From Entomortierella parvispora E1425 (lineage: Eukaryota; Fungi; Mortierellomycota), in NCBI GenBank assembly GCA_020891255.1, contig BQFW01000013.1:682001-746000 (forward strand): a DNA stretch of 64,000 bases, read 5' to 3'. Of this stretch, positions 1 to 11,357 are shown piece by piece. The stretch's first letter is position 1. Each line of letters opens with the position of its first letter. A model generated the notes under the pieces. The model searched no databases, had not been told where the DNA came from, and saw only the letters and a list, made by a program, of their open reading frames with translations. The translations under genes were made by a program, and so were the position numbers.

Positions 1-290
1 CAATTGCTGGAGGAACCTTTCATCTGAAGAACAGTCAGTCTGCTCCAGTGCAACCAACCCCTCCAGCAATGGTCGAACAGCAAACGGCAACCATGGTTGC
101 TGCTCAGCTTACCGACAAATAAGGACGCTAGACAGGATGAAACTATGATGGAGCAATTTCCATCAAGATCTGGCGAGTCGATTTCAACAATAGAGGCGAT
201 CACTGGAATACATCCAGGACAACCAACCTTTGTATATGAATCAAGCCCCACTCACAGGATATCACCCTTTGTGCTGTTCTCTCAATGTAG

Positions 291-930
291 ACTAAGGGTA
301 CCTCCTCGTTTGGTAAACGCCACACCAAGTCGCACACTTTGTGCCGTCGGTATGTTTGAGTATATTTGCTGGAGCAGATCGCATGGGAGACATACACAGC
401 GGAGGATGACACTAACCCTCCTGCCTCATTTCCCTGGGTTTATTCTTTTTTCGATCGTAGCTGTGGACGTCGCTCCTTCCACAACCAGAAGAAGACCTGC
501 GCTCAGTGCGGCTACCCCGCTGCCAAGCTCCGCTCTTGTAAGCATTCTACGCTATATCTTGTTTTCATACCAGGATCAGAGGTCTTTAGGAATGGCTTTG
601 GGTCAACGGTTTCAACAGCTTTTTGACTTGGACCCTATTTTGAACCGACTCTTGTACAATTTGAAACCTTTTGGAGGATCAGTGGCTTTTGAGATGAACA
701 GGAGCTGACTACAAGACGATGGGACAAAAAGCACGAAAAGATCAAGACTACTCACATCTCGATATGTCATTTTTTTTATTGTAATAGACAACTGGAGCGA
801 GAAGGGCATCCGCAGAAAGACCACCGGTACCGGTCGCATGCGCCACTTGTCCGATGTCAACCGTCGCTTCAAGAACGGTTTCCGTGAGGGCACCCAGGCC
901 AAGAAGCAGGTCAAGGCCGTCGTTGCTTAA
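291..930 (+). CDS. RPL37: 60S ribosomal protein L37 (eL37), 5'-partial; exons 291-349, 461-537, 788-930
   Basis: Spliced exons translate to [66 protein letters not shown]...KAVVA*, with the eL37 CxxC..CxxC zinc motif and GT-AG introns. The ATG exon is not identifiable: candidates at 69 and 93 have weak donors, so it may lie upstream of the window. Confidence 0.97.
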
Positions 931-1900
931 ATGATGAACTTCATTTTCACACAACGGAAATTTGATCCAAACGATTGAAAAGAAATAAACATTTTAGCGC
1001 AATCGATCCCCTCCTTGTCCCCATGGTCCTTGTTAATGTGTTGTATTTCTAGTAGAACAAATTTTACTTTTACATGGAGCCTGTCCATGAACAATATTGC
1101 AATTGAAGAAGAAAAAATTGAAAGTATTTGAAGGCCAGAGTAGGTTCGATTCCCGAACGTGGCCCAACCGCCAAAGAGATGGAGGATCCTTCTTGTGCAA
1201 CAAGGCGGAGGATCTTGCTGCAATGAGCATAGCAATGCTGCTTGCCTGCCTACACATCAAAATGCCATCTTTGTTTTGTTTAATGACGATGGAGGACCCC
1301 CAGGCGCAGAACGTGCTTGCATCTGATCGACGTTGCCTTTTGATCTCCGTCCAACGATAGTGTATTAGTGGCTGTCTCCCACCCTCTCCTGTGTTGACAG
1401 TAGCAAGAGGCAGTCATCAGGCAAGGGTAAACATCAAAGATCAGGACCGAGAGGAAAAAGACAAAAGACAAAACGAGCGACAGAACAGACCGAGGACACC
1501 AAGGAAGGAAATGAAATGCATGCCCCTGCCCCCCTGGCTCTCTCCTCGCTGACCAGTTGCCCAACGGCCGTTTTTTTTTTGTCTCTTTTTGCCATCGAAG
1601 GGCAAAATAGAAGGCAGTCACGTTTATTTTTTTTCTTCCAAAGCAAAGAGGAACAAAGGTCTCTTCCTCCCTCTCTTCTTCTTCTCTTCTTGCATCTCTA
1701 TCCTCATCACACTCGACTTTGCCCCACCTCTTTGTCTTTGTGCCTTCTCGGTCTCCAGTTGCCATCTGTATGTTAGCCTTTGCTGAGTTGAATCTCATGG
1801 TCACTCATCGCTGACATCGAATCACTAGCTAACAGCCTCCGCTCATTTCAGATTCAGTCGCCGTCCTTTTAGACCTCATCGAGACGGACCGTTGTTGGAC

Positions 1901-4085
1901 ATGAACAACTCTTCGCAACAGCAGCCTCAGCTGCAGCAACAGCAACAGCAGCAGGACCAGCACTCGTCTCCTACTGCCGCCAAGCAGGAGCCAGTCATCA
2001 AGCAGGAACCTGCGCAGCTGACTTCCCCTCAGCACACCTTTGCTTCTCTCCAGCAACAGCAGCAGCAGCACTTCCAGTCTGCACCCTACCATGGTCAGCA
2101 GCAGCAGCAGTCAGGTAGTCAGACCCCCTCCTACATTCCTGGGTCGTCAACTGGACCCATGAATGCCTTCTCGGGACTACCACCCAACCCCTACAGCCTT
2201 CATAACCACCTTTTGGGTCTCAGCATGCACGGCAGCGCTTCGCCTTCCTCGGCACAAGGACTTGGTTCTCCACCCTTTGCTCAGTCAGCAGCCTCGGGCA
2301 TCGTCAGCCGTGGAAATAACAGCGGATCGACAACCCCCTCGATGGCCCATGCTTCAGCCCCTTCGTCACCAGTGATGAACAACATGCAGCAGCAGCAGTT
2401 TGGGAACGGTAACGCTCAGTACAGCCACAACGGCGGATCGAGTCTTTACCATCACTCAGCTGTGCAGCATCAACAACACTATCATAACCAGCATTCCTCG
2501 CAGCATCAGCATCAACAGCACCAGCAACATCAACATCAACAACAGCACTCCACCCAAGGTCTGCCCTCCAGCAACTTGGCCTCGGGCTTTTATCCCACAT
2601 CCCCTCCTCACCAACATCAGCAGCAACAATACCAGCAACCACAGCAGACCGCACAACATGTCTCCCACCCTCAGTTTAGCTCTGTGCCCCCAGCGCCTCT
2701 TCGCCAACAGCAATCGCTTCAGTATGCTCCTTTGGTGCCTCCTCTCACGGATGCTCAGTATGCCCAGTATCACCAGCTGCTTGGATCGCCTTTCAGCTCA
2801 GCTGCCTCTACTCCCTATCATTCAAACCAATCGACCCCTTACAGCTCCATGCCTCCGTCCCCTACTCTCGATTACCAGCAGCTTGCAGATCCTAGTCAGG
2901 CTCAAAAGCCCAAGCGTCGCCAAGTGAAGAATGCCTGTGGTAAGTACATTTTTTTTTCGTCAAGGCTCGTTTGATACACCCTTCAGTGCAAGAGGGAGTA
3001 CGATCCAAAAGAACTGTGTCCGAGCGCATGCTTAGACGTGGGACCCGGGCTGCAGTTGTTGGTCAGGACCCACAGTGTGGTTTTTTTCCTTTTCTTTTTC
3101 CTTTTCTTTTTCCTTTTTTTTGGGACAATGTTGGTGCGCTACTCGGGTTGAGAGGTGGAAGTAAGATAAGTGTCATCATAGCAAAGGCGAATCGGTTCGA
3201 CCCAGTGAGTCTAACGGCTGTCCAAACGTGGCAACAACATGGATTGTACCCTGGGAAAAAAAGAAGTGGATAAAAAAATTTGAGTGGGAGGGAAATGGGC
3301 AATATTGAAACTCTAACAGGCAGCCACTGGTGCAAGCAAGATACGCCATATATACATGAGAGCCCGCCAATGTCTCGTCTCTTTCTTTTTCCTTGGATTG
3401 TGGCATGCTACGGTTTATATCCCTCACCTCATACTTCCGCCATTGGCGTCTATGGCGACACGGGACAGACCGGTTGAGCCATCTTTTCAAGTATGGGCGC
3501 CATCGATATCAAAGTATAGACACTAACTCGACTCTTTATTTGTTCATAGTGAACTGTCAAAAGGCATGCAAAAAGTGTGATGAAGGACGACCCTGCACCC
3601 GCTGCATCAAATATGGCCTGACAGATACCTGCGTTGACTCGACAAGAAAGGTGCGCAAAAAGGGTGTTAAGCGTGGCCCTTACAAACGCAGACCACCACC
3701 CACCCAGATCGGATCCGCCTCTGCATCAACGACGCCTACCCTCAGCCATGCCGTCCTTGGTGGACCAACAGGGCCAGCAGGATACATGTCAGAGCCTGTC
3801 ACCGCTTTGAACAGCCCAACGCAATCGCACATGCTCCCCTTCACCTCGTCTGCCATGGGTCACCTGTCTGGACAAATCGACTTTGGGTATGACGCGGGGC
3901 AAGGATCCAGCAACGGAGGAGGCTATCAATTTCAGTCGTCAAGAATGGAGAACAACTACGCGCCTCCATACACCACCAGCTACTCAGGACCAGGCCTTTA
4001 TTCTTCCCCCTATGGAATGACTGGCGGTAACCAGAACGGTGGAAGCACGGGCAACAGTAACGCGCCAAACAACAACCTTTCTTAA
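1901..4085 (+). CDS. Zn(II)2Cys6 transcription factor with long Q/H-rich N-terminus (524 aa); exons 1901-2939, 3550-4085
   Basis: Splicing the 610-bp intron (GTAAGT...CATAG) rebuilds KRRQVKNACVNCQKACKKCDEGRPCTRCIKYGLTDTC, a six-Cys binuclear cluster resembling the Rds2/Ert1/Gsm1 type. Total length 1575 nt is in frame. Confidence 0.93.
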
Positions 4086-4349
4086 AAAAACAATCATATT
4101 TCGAACAACATCCCCACACACCTCCTTCATCTTTTAGCATTGAATCCCACGCACATTGTAATAAAAATTTCGTCCTCTCTTTGGCATGTTGAGTTCTTGA
4201 CCCTTTTTTCTCAACTTCGTTTGTTAGCTCTCCCACCCCTGGGTCGGAATTAGGCTGTCCCATTGCTCGGAAGTCTTCATTTTCTTCCTTCCTTGCTCTC
4301 TTTTTTTCATCCCCTCTTAATTCCTCATTCTAAACTTATACAACTGACT

Positions 4350-7289
4350 ATGGGCACACGAAAGCCCATATGGATGCTCTCACTCTCGATCATTCTCATC
4401 TGGATACTGGCGGTTTTGATAGATGCTCGGCCACGCTCAGAGCAACAGCAGCAGCAGCTCTCGATACCCCATCACAAGAGCCACAGTGAAGATAAACATA
4501 GCAAAGCAAGATCCCAACAGCCGAATCAAAAGAATCGTAAAAAGGACAAGAAAGACGACAAATGCGGAAAATCCAAGAAAGATGACAAGCACAAAAAAAA
4601 CAAGAAAGCGGGCAAGAAAGACAGCAGTGACAAAAAGAAGGGGAAACACAACAAGGGGAGACTACGAACGAAAAAGCACCACTACAAAAAAGGCACAGAC
4701 AAGGCCAAAGGATCCCATGGATCGAAAAGGCCACCACACAAACAAAAAGTTGGCGGTGAAGGAACGCAGCACAGTTTTGAAATCTCGGATATCTCGTGCG
4801 GACCAGGACGGGACGTGATGAAATGTCCTGAGGAGAGACCTTGCTGCTCACAGTGGGGCTACTGTGGGAACGATGGTGATTACTGTGCTGCGGGCTGTCA
4901 GAAAGCTTTTGGTGAGTGCGGTTTTGGTGATGATACAGTCAGGAAGCACAAGCATCGTCATAGGAAACACAAGCCATCCACAAATGCTCAGCATGGATTT
5001 ATCAAAGGAAGACAGAGCAGCCTGCCGGGACAGGACGGTCGACAGTTCAGGATCTCATCCAATATACCCAAGCTACCGCCGAATGGCACGTTGGTCAACA
5101 TTGCGTACTTTCCAGGATGGACTCAATACCGTGGCCAGGGACGAAACAACTGTCATCAACGACCCTACTTACCCTCGGCCATCCCCTGGTCCTCATTGGA
5201 CTATGTCATGTTCGCGTTTGTGTACTTTGACAATGACTATCAGCTATATCCGGCAGACCCTAGCGACGAAGCGCTGTATTTTCAGGTCAACCAATTAAAG
5301 ATGCCCACCAACACACGAGTCATGATATCAATCGGAGGCTGGAGCTTTACACATCCAGAGAGGCGTCGGGAGGAGGACACACGGCATCGATTCGAGAATA
5401 TGATTGCCTCTGTGGATTCAAGGAAGGCGTTCATTGAGAGCTGTATCGAGTTTTGTCAGTTTTATGGATTCGATGGTGTCGATATTGACTATGAGTACCC
5501 CGCTGCCAAGGACCGTGACCTGGTTACAGCTTTGTTCCAAGAGATGAGGGCAGCCATTGATGCAGAGGGGAGCGGATTGGTGCTTTCTCTTGCAGGCGCG
5601 TCTTTTGTGGATGCCATCCAAGGATTCGATCTTGAAAAGGTCGCAGCTGCCGCAGATTTCGTCATGATTATGGCCTATGGTGGGTAGAACAGAAAGAGTG
5701 GAAGCGTCATCAAGGATATCCCTTCAAACCCAGAATTAACATTCCTCCCTACCCCTGAATCCCCTAGATCTGTACGGCTCGGACGACTTGACCCATCTCG
5801 TCAACATCCATACAGCTCTGGTACAGATGCCGACTGAAAACCATGGCGGGCATAGTGTCCAAGGGGCGGTCGAGCTTTACCTCGATCGAGGAGTTCCTCG
5901 TCAGAAGCTTGTCCTTGGGTTGGCTCTCTATGGAAAGACGTTCCTCCTTGCTGATGCTCACCAACAGCAGCCCGGTCGCGCCTTATTCACACAAGGTGGT
6001 GACCCTTCAAGTTGCATTGAGACCCGAGGCGACATGGCTTACAATGAGATCTCGACTCTGCTTCACCCGACCTCGCCTCAGCAACCCGCAGTGGTACCAA
6101 GATGGGATCCGGACGGAAAGGTATTTTATTTCGTCTACGGGCACGGTGACAACAACTGGGTTGGCTACGATGACAGACCAAGTCTAGACCTCAAACTACA
6201 GCTGGTCACGGAAGCTGATTTGGCAGGCGTAATGTGGTGGAGTTTGGATCAGGACTTGGATAGCACCAGTGAAGAGAGCGCTCTTTTTACAAAACAAAAA
6301 CCAAAGAATGAAAAGAAAGGTGGTAAGAGCAAGAACCTTCGCCCTAGAGGCATACTTCAAGTCCCCTTCCTGCCGCCTCAAGCCGAAGAGAGAATTGAAG
6401 AGCCCACAACCAGCACCTCTGTTGTACCAGGCGATGAACTGTCAAGTCAGTTGGCTGGCGCGACTGACCCCTCTATACCCAACGTGCCTTCTCCATCAGA
6501 GCCAACCCAGATTCCTTCTGCTGATTATCTGGTATCAGCCTCGCCGTCCTCGGAAACCGCAGGAAAACCAGTAGAGGGGTCGGTACCAACTTCCTGCCCA
6601 CCCATTCATTCACCTCCATCTGATCTATCTTCTATCTCACTGGATATCCTGGGAAGACCTGGTCTTGTTCCATATATCTCTTCGAAACGAGAACGATGCA
6701 ATATGGTCGTTAATTACCCACACGTCTTGCCTGACACACCAGTTGGTAACGTGGTTATGACTCGCTGTCTTGGTCCAGATCATTGTCCTGAGAGTTGGAG
6801 GGCCTACACCTGCTCATCATCTGGCTGGAGCGATGCCAGTCCTTGCTTTGGTAAGAGAGAAATGAACGGTCTGACTGCAGAGATCTCTTTTTTTTTCTAC
6901 ACCACGTATCGCCTGCAGACTGCTTTACTGAACGGATGTCCCTCCTTGCAATATCCAACCCTTGCATGTTTTTGCCCTTTCCCTTTTTTTTTTCTGCAGC
7001 TAAGTCGCAGTTGTCCCCATCGCTGTACTTTTACGGGGAGCTGGACTTGATCCGTGTATCAGCTCGAGATCGCGATATCAAGGACGTCGCTGGACCGGGT
7101 ACCAGCCCTTCCCTTATCTCTTCCAAGTTGAGCGCCCAGATCGGATCCAAGCGTCCAGAATATATTGAGCATTACATGAAGCTTTCAAAGCTGGAGGAGC
7201 TCATGGCCAAGGCTGAGGAGGCTAAGGCAAAGAAGAAGGTCGCAGGCGGCAAAAGTAAAAAGTCAAGGTCAAAAGCAAAGCTCCCATAA
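4350..7289 (+). CDS. Secreted GH18 chitinase with hevein/CBM18 chitin-binding domain (900 aa); exons 4350-5679, 5768-6850, 7000-7289
   Basis: Signal peptide, CBM18-like CG...CCSQWGYCG...YC..GCQ..FG.C, GH18 catalytic motif FDGVDIDYEYP, MAYD and GVMWWSLDQD. Spliced length 2703 nt is in frame. Confidence 0.93.
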
Positions 7290-7604
7290 AGAGCAATTGC
7301 ACCTATGGGCGATAAGTAAAAAGATAGTCAGTTGCTAACGAAAAAAAGGGAGTGGAACGATAAAAACATGGTCTGGACGACGGACTTGGTCAGGTTAAAA
7401 GGTATCTCAAGAGCAAGGAGTTCTAGGAGATACCACAACAAAAAAGGCACGCGGCGTGCCATTAATTTTTTTTTTTATTCTCTTCTATTTGAGGAATCGG
7501 TGTCGATAACGCCAGAAAAACCATTAGGAATGTAATAAGTGTAATAGGGAGTTGACCTTGAGGTATGCTGGAGTGAAAGGAGGGTATACTAGAGGGGTTA
7601 GGGA

Positions 7605-8408
7605 TCAGTAATCATCCGACTGTGAAACCTTAGTCTTGAGTGAGGACCGATCTTTGCTCTGATTCGACTTTGACTTGCCAGAGATCCTCATCCGAATGGC
7701 CTTCTTGTCGACTTTGTCTGTCTCCTCATCCAGGCACTTTAGAGCTCGCGCAAGTTCGCGTCCATGATGAATGGCCACCCTTGTGTTCTTGATCTTGGAC
7801 GCACTCGTCGATTTCGCAAGTTCGTGCTCTGTCATGGACATGTACAGAGCCTCGTCCTCGTCTTCGTCAGAGGCCGTTTGCATCGCAGCCATGGGCCGCT
7901 TTTCGGACGCTTGCGTCGCTTGATCCATTGAATTTGACGTAGAACTGGAAACGGAACGTTGGGAACGTTTTTTCTTGTTTACTTTAAGCACCCAGGTACC
8001 AGGTTTGGAGGTTGACAACGTGCTGTTCGTGCTGTGAGCTGTTTGTGCTTTGCTGATATTCGTGAACCCGTCTTTCAGATTAGAGAGCGTCAAAGGTGTC
8101 GCGAGCTCATGTGTGTTTTGCAAATGTTCTTTGCTATCTGTGTTGTTGGTTGTACGACCGTCATAAATTTCATCATCGTCATGGTCTTGAGGATCGTCTT
8201 CGTCTTCGTCGTCGTCGTCAGAAGGGCAGGCTGAATTCACAACAGACCAGCTGCTAAGATCCAGATCGTCCTCGTCTTTATTGTCGATGGGAGACTCTTC
8301 TTCTTGGACAATCAAGCTGTTGCTGTTGCTTGGTCGCGCAGCGATGCATTCGAGAACTGAGAAGGGGTTGCAGAGGGTAATGGGCGACTGAGAAAGAAGG
8401 GTCGACAT
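7605..8408 (-). CDS. Hypothetical acidic, largely disordered protein (267 aa)
   Basis: Intronless ATG-to-TGA ORF with a CT-rich leader upstream on the minus strand. No recognisable domain. Confidence 0.7.
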   Translation of the reverse strand: MSTLLSQSPITLCNPFSVLECIAARPSNSNSLIVQEEESPIDNKDEDDLDLSSWSVVNSACPSDDDDEDEDDPQDHDDDEIYDGRTTNNTDSKEHLQNTHELATPLTLSNLKDGFTNISKAQTAHSTNSTLSTSKPGTWVLKVNKKKRSQRSVSSSTSNSMDQATQASEKRPMAAMQTASDEDEDEALYMSMTEHELAKSTSASKIKNTRVAIHHGRELARALKCLDEETDKVDKKAIRMRISGKSKSNQSKDRSSLKTKVSQSDDY

Positions 8409-8855
8409 GGCTGGAGGGTGTTTCTGAAGGTCGGGGTAGTGGTGGAGTGGTTATAGTGGTGTAGGAGTATGAGAGGCTGGGAGAGTAATATTTGTGGACT
8501 TGGGTAAAAAAAGAAAGAAAAAAACGTCGAAGGAGGCGAGGAGTATTTCAAGGAACAAGATTCATAAAGGCACATAGATATATCCCTCCCATTCCTTCCC
8601 TACTATCATTTGACCCCACGTCATGGTTGCCCAGACTTGTTGGATGATAAAAACACCCGATCATTGTGAGGTGATAGACGTCGTTATCTATGATTTGCAT
8701 TTCAGCTGACTCCCTCTGTTTGTTCGTTCCTGACTGGATGTCCTCTCCCTCTGACGACAAGATAATTTTCACCTTGACTCTGGTGGGCCCGCCGCGTGCG
8801 ACCACAGCATGCTTTTTTTTGCAGCATTTCATTTGCTGGCGAGCGACCTCAGCAT

Positions 8856-8905
8856 GCACGTGACACTAATATAATCTCACGTGATCGTATTTATCGTCAC
8901 GTGAT
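8856..8905. promoter_or_regulatory. Cluster of three CACGTG E-boxes (8857, 8878, 8898), Cbf1/bHLH-type sites
   Basis: GCACGTGAC, TCACGTGAT and GTCACGTGAT spaced 21 and 20 bp apart, between a divergent ORF and a tRNA gene. Confidence 0.6.
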
Positions 8906-8976
8906 AACGCATGAGTATAGAGAACCCATAAAAAATAGGAATATCGAAATCAACCAATCACTTTGATCGATTTCTT

Positions 8977-9059
8977 GGAGAGATGGCCGAGTTGGTCTAA
9001 GGCGCCGCGTTAAGGCCGCGGTCTATTCGTAGGCGTGGGTTCAAATCCCACTCTCTTCA
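8977..9059 (+). tRNA. tRNA-Leu(AAG), copy 1
   Basis: 83 nt. Acceptor GGAGAGA/TCTCTTC, D-arm with TGGCCGAGTTGG, anticodon arm CCGCG-TTAAGGC-CGCGG, long variable arm, T-arm GTGGG-TTCAAAT-CCCAC, followed by T-runs. Confidence 0.96.
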
Positions 9060-9740
9060 CATTTTGCTTCCATTGCATTTTTTTTTGGATCCACCACCGC
9101 TAAACGGTCTCGCATACTTCGGGGCCCTTGCAATGATGAGGTCCTTCTGTTTTTTCCTGCCAAGGATCCTCGAAGGTATGCAAAAGGTGCCACGACTTGC
9201 ACTTTCCGCCCAGGGAGCAACAGACAGAAGCCAGCCGAGCTCCTTTTTGCCGCAGTGTTTTGGGCGCCAATCCAGTTGGTTTTGAAAAATGGTTCCCCTC
9301 TTCTTTCCTACCCATACCCACTCCTTTTTCGTATCCTTTGAGGTGCCAGGTGAGTGCTCGTTTATCTGACAGCATCACCGTGCAAGAACATCTATATGGA
9401 GAAAAAAGGACACATCTCCAATAGTGTATTCGACGTTGGGGCCATGACGAGTTGAGAATGAAATGTAGAGAGAATTTGAGAATAGTAAATGGCATTCTTT
9501 TTATTTCGAAAGGAGTGAACAGAAGCATGAACAGACAGCAGGGGCATGAACAGGCCGAGGGACCCCTGGTTTCGTGGTACGCGACCTCCTACAGTAGACC
9601 GTCGCCCAATCTCATCTTAAGGGGTACACATCACATGATACGCCCTTTATTGGTCACGTGATTATCGGCAGAGCTGAAGTATGAAGGTCCTGAGAAAAAC
9701 ACCGATATCGAAATGAGCCAATCATCTTGATTGATTCCCT

Positions 9741-9823
9741 GGAGAGATGGCCGAGTTGGTCTAAGGCGCCGCGTTAAGGCCGCGGTCTATTCGTAGGCGT
9801 GGGTTCAAATCCCACTCTCTTCA
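9741..9823 (+). tRNA. tRNA-Leu(AAG), copy 2
   Basis: Sequence identical to copy 1, with a T5 terminator immediately downstream. Confidence 0.96.
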
Positions 9824-10179
9824 TATTTTTGCTTCTATTGCGTTTTTTTTCCCTCGGGATCAAATTGGTCAATCCGCCAACCACCTTTTTGGGCCGCGTA
9901 TCTGCTGACCCTATGCCATTTTATAACCATCGACCTCTCTTCGTCGCTTAGAACGCATATCTATGTATGTAGGCAACTTGAACAAGATTCTTGGTGAATA
10001 AAATCTTATGTCCAGATAGAGGTGCGATTGGAGCGAAAGACAGGGGGATGGGAGGAGGGTAGGTCGACGACAGTGTTTAGAAAATGGCACAGGGTCAGCA
10101 GATACGCGGCCCAAAAAGGTGGTTGGCGGATTGACCAATTTGATCCCGAGGGAAAAAAAACGCAATAGAAGCAAAAATA

Positions 10180-10262
10180 TGAAGAGAGTGGGATTTGAAC
10201 CCACGCCTACGAATAGACCGCGGCCTTAACGCGGCGCCTTAGACCAACTCGGCCATCTCTCC
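10180..10262 (-). tRNA. tRNA-Leu(AAG), copy 3
   Basis: Exact reverse complement of copies 1 and 2. Confidence 0.96.
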
Positions 10263-11357
10263 AGGGAATCAATCAAGATGATTGGCTCATTTCGATATCG
10301 GTGTTTTTCTCAGGACCTTCATACTTCAGCTCTGCCGATAATCACGTGACCAATAAAGGGCGTATCATGTGATGTGTACCCCTTAAGATGAGATTGGTCT
10401 GAGCAGCACGCAAACAATGACAAGATTGGTCCATATGCCCAAGACCCTCCACGGCTTTCCGCTGACAAGTGCAAGGAACACATGGTACAGTACATGATAG
10501 GTTCGGACAAAACACAGAGCAAGCAGCGCCCGCTGTAAGCAAAGAGCCGTGGCCTAACGGATAAAAGGGGGGATTAGGAAAAGTTGATGTCCAGGGACAT
10601 CAAGTGGGCACTCAAAGAGAAAATAGTTTATTAAGAGTGTAAAGAAGAGATGAATGAGACACGATAGAGCAATGTGTTGCCATGGGCATCCAAGCGGCTG
10701 CGAGGAAATCGTCCAAAATGATGCCATTGTGAGCAAGGTTGACAGCAATCGTGCACTTTTTTGTTGTTTTTTTTTTATACATGTATTTTGCGCGGAGTTA
10801 ATCTTCGCGTCGCGTCGCACACGGTTCAATTGTGCAATGCAAGGCATCACACAGAGCAACAATCTTGCCCACTGCCGCTGGTCCCCTTTCAGCCATCAAT
10901 GGGATGGTTGTTGATACTTTTGCCTACTTTTGGTTGATGTGGCGCCTTCACGACGCCCTAGTTTGTTTGTTCTGTAGACCATCGCTCTGTGTGGACAAGC
11001 TTACCCGAGATGGGATATTTCTGAGTGGAAAAACCTCTGTAGTGGTGGTGCTGAGTCCATGTACAGTTACGGTACCGCAGCACCACCAGCGCACCGTCGG
11101 GTAATAAAAGGAAAAACAAAAAGAAATCTCATGTTTGTCGGTAATCATATAAAATGGCTACTCCGACCGTGGGCGTTTGTCTTTTCCCCTTTTTTTCCGT
11201 TGGCAATTCCATGATCTTTGTCCCGCATCTCTGTCTTTCCCCCTTTCCTTTCTTTCCCTCACCCGTCTGCACCTCCCACATAACGATATTCATCTCAGAC
11301 ATCCTACTCTGCGCTCCACAACTCCTCCACTACTCCAACCTACTACGAGAAACGGTT

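Larger units (their letters stand above)
9606..10397. repeat. Long inverted repeat: arms 9606-9922 and 10081-10397 (317 bp each), 158-bp spacer; each arm carries a tRNA-Leu gene
   Basis: Manual arm-to-arm comparison found one mismatch (9913 A versus 10090 C). Confidence 0.95.

Noticed and set aside
931-937. ATGATGA (perfect C box) right after the RPL37 stop
   Set aside because: No CTGA D box or terminal stem within the expected distance, and it lies in a 3'UTR.
1143-1154. GGTTCGATTCCC, a tRNA T-loop/B-box-like motif
   Set aside because: Flanks do not form a T-stem or cloverleaf, and no A-box or anticodon arm is evident. At most an isolated B-box.
9615-9624. TTAAGGGG upstream of tRNA copies 2 and 3, similar to the Fanzor flank motif
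   Set aside because: Only a 7-bp match, and the adjacent sequence shows no similarity to the candidate guide region. Treated as chance.
9606-10397. Inverted repeat considered as a MITE or foldback transposon
   Set aside because: No target-site duplication at the outer ends, and the arms consist of an intact tRNA gene with native flanks also seen, diverged, at copy 1.
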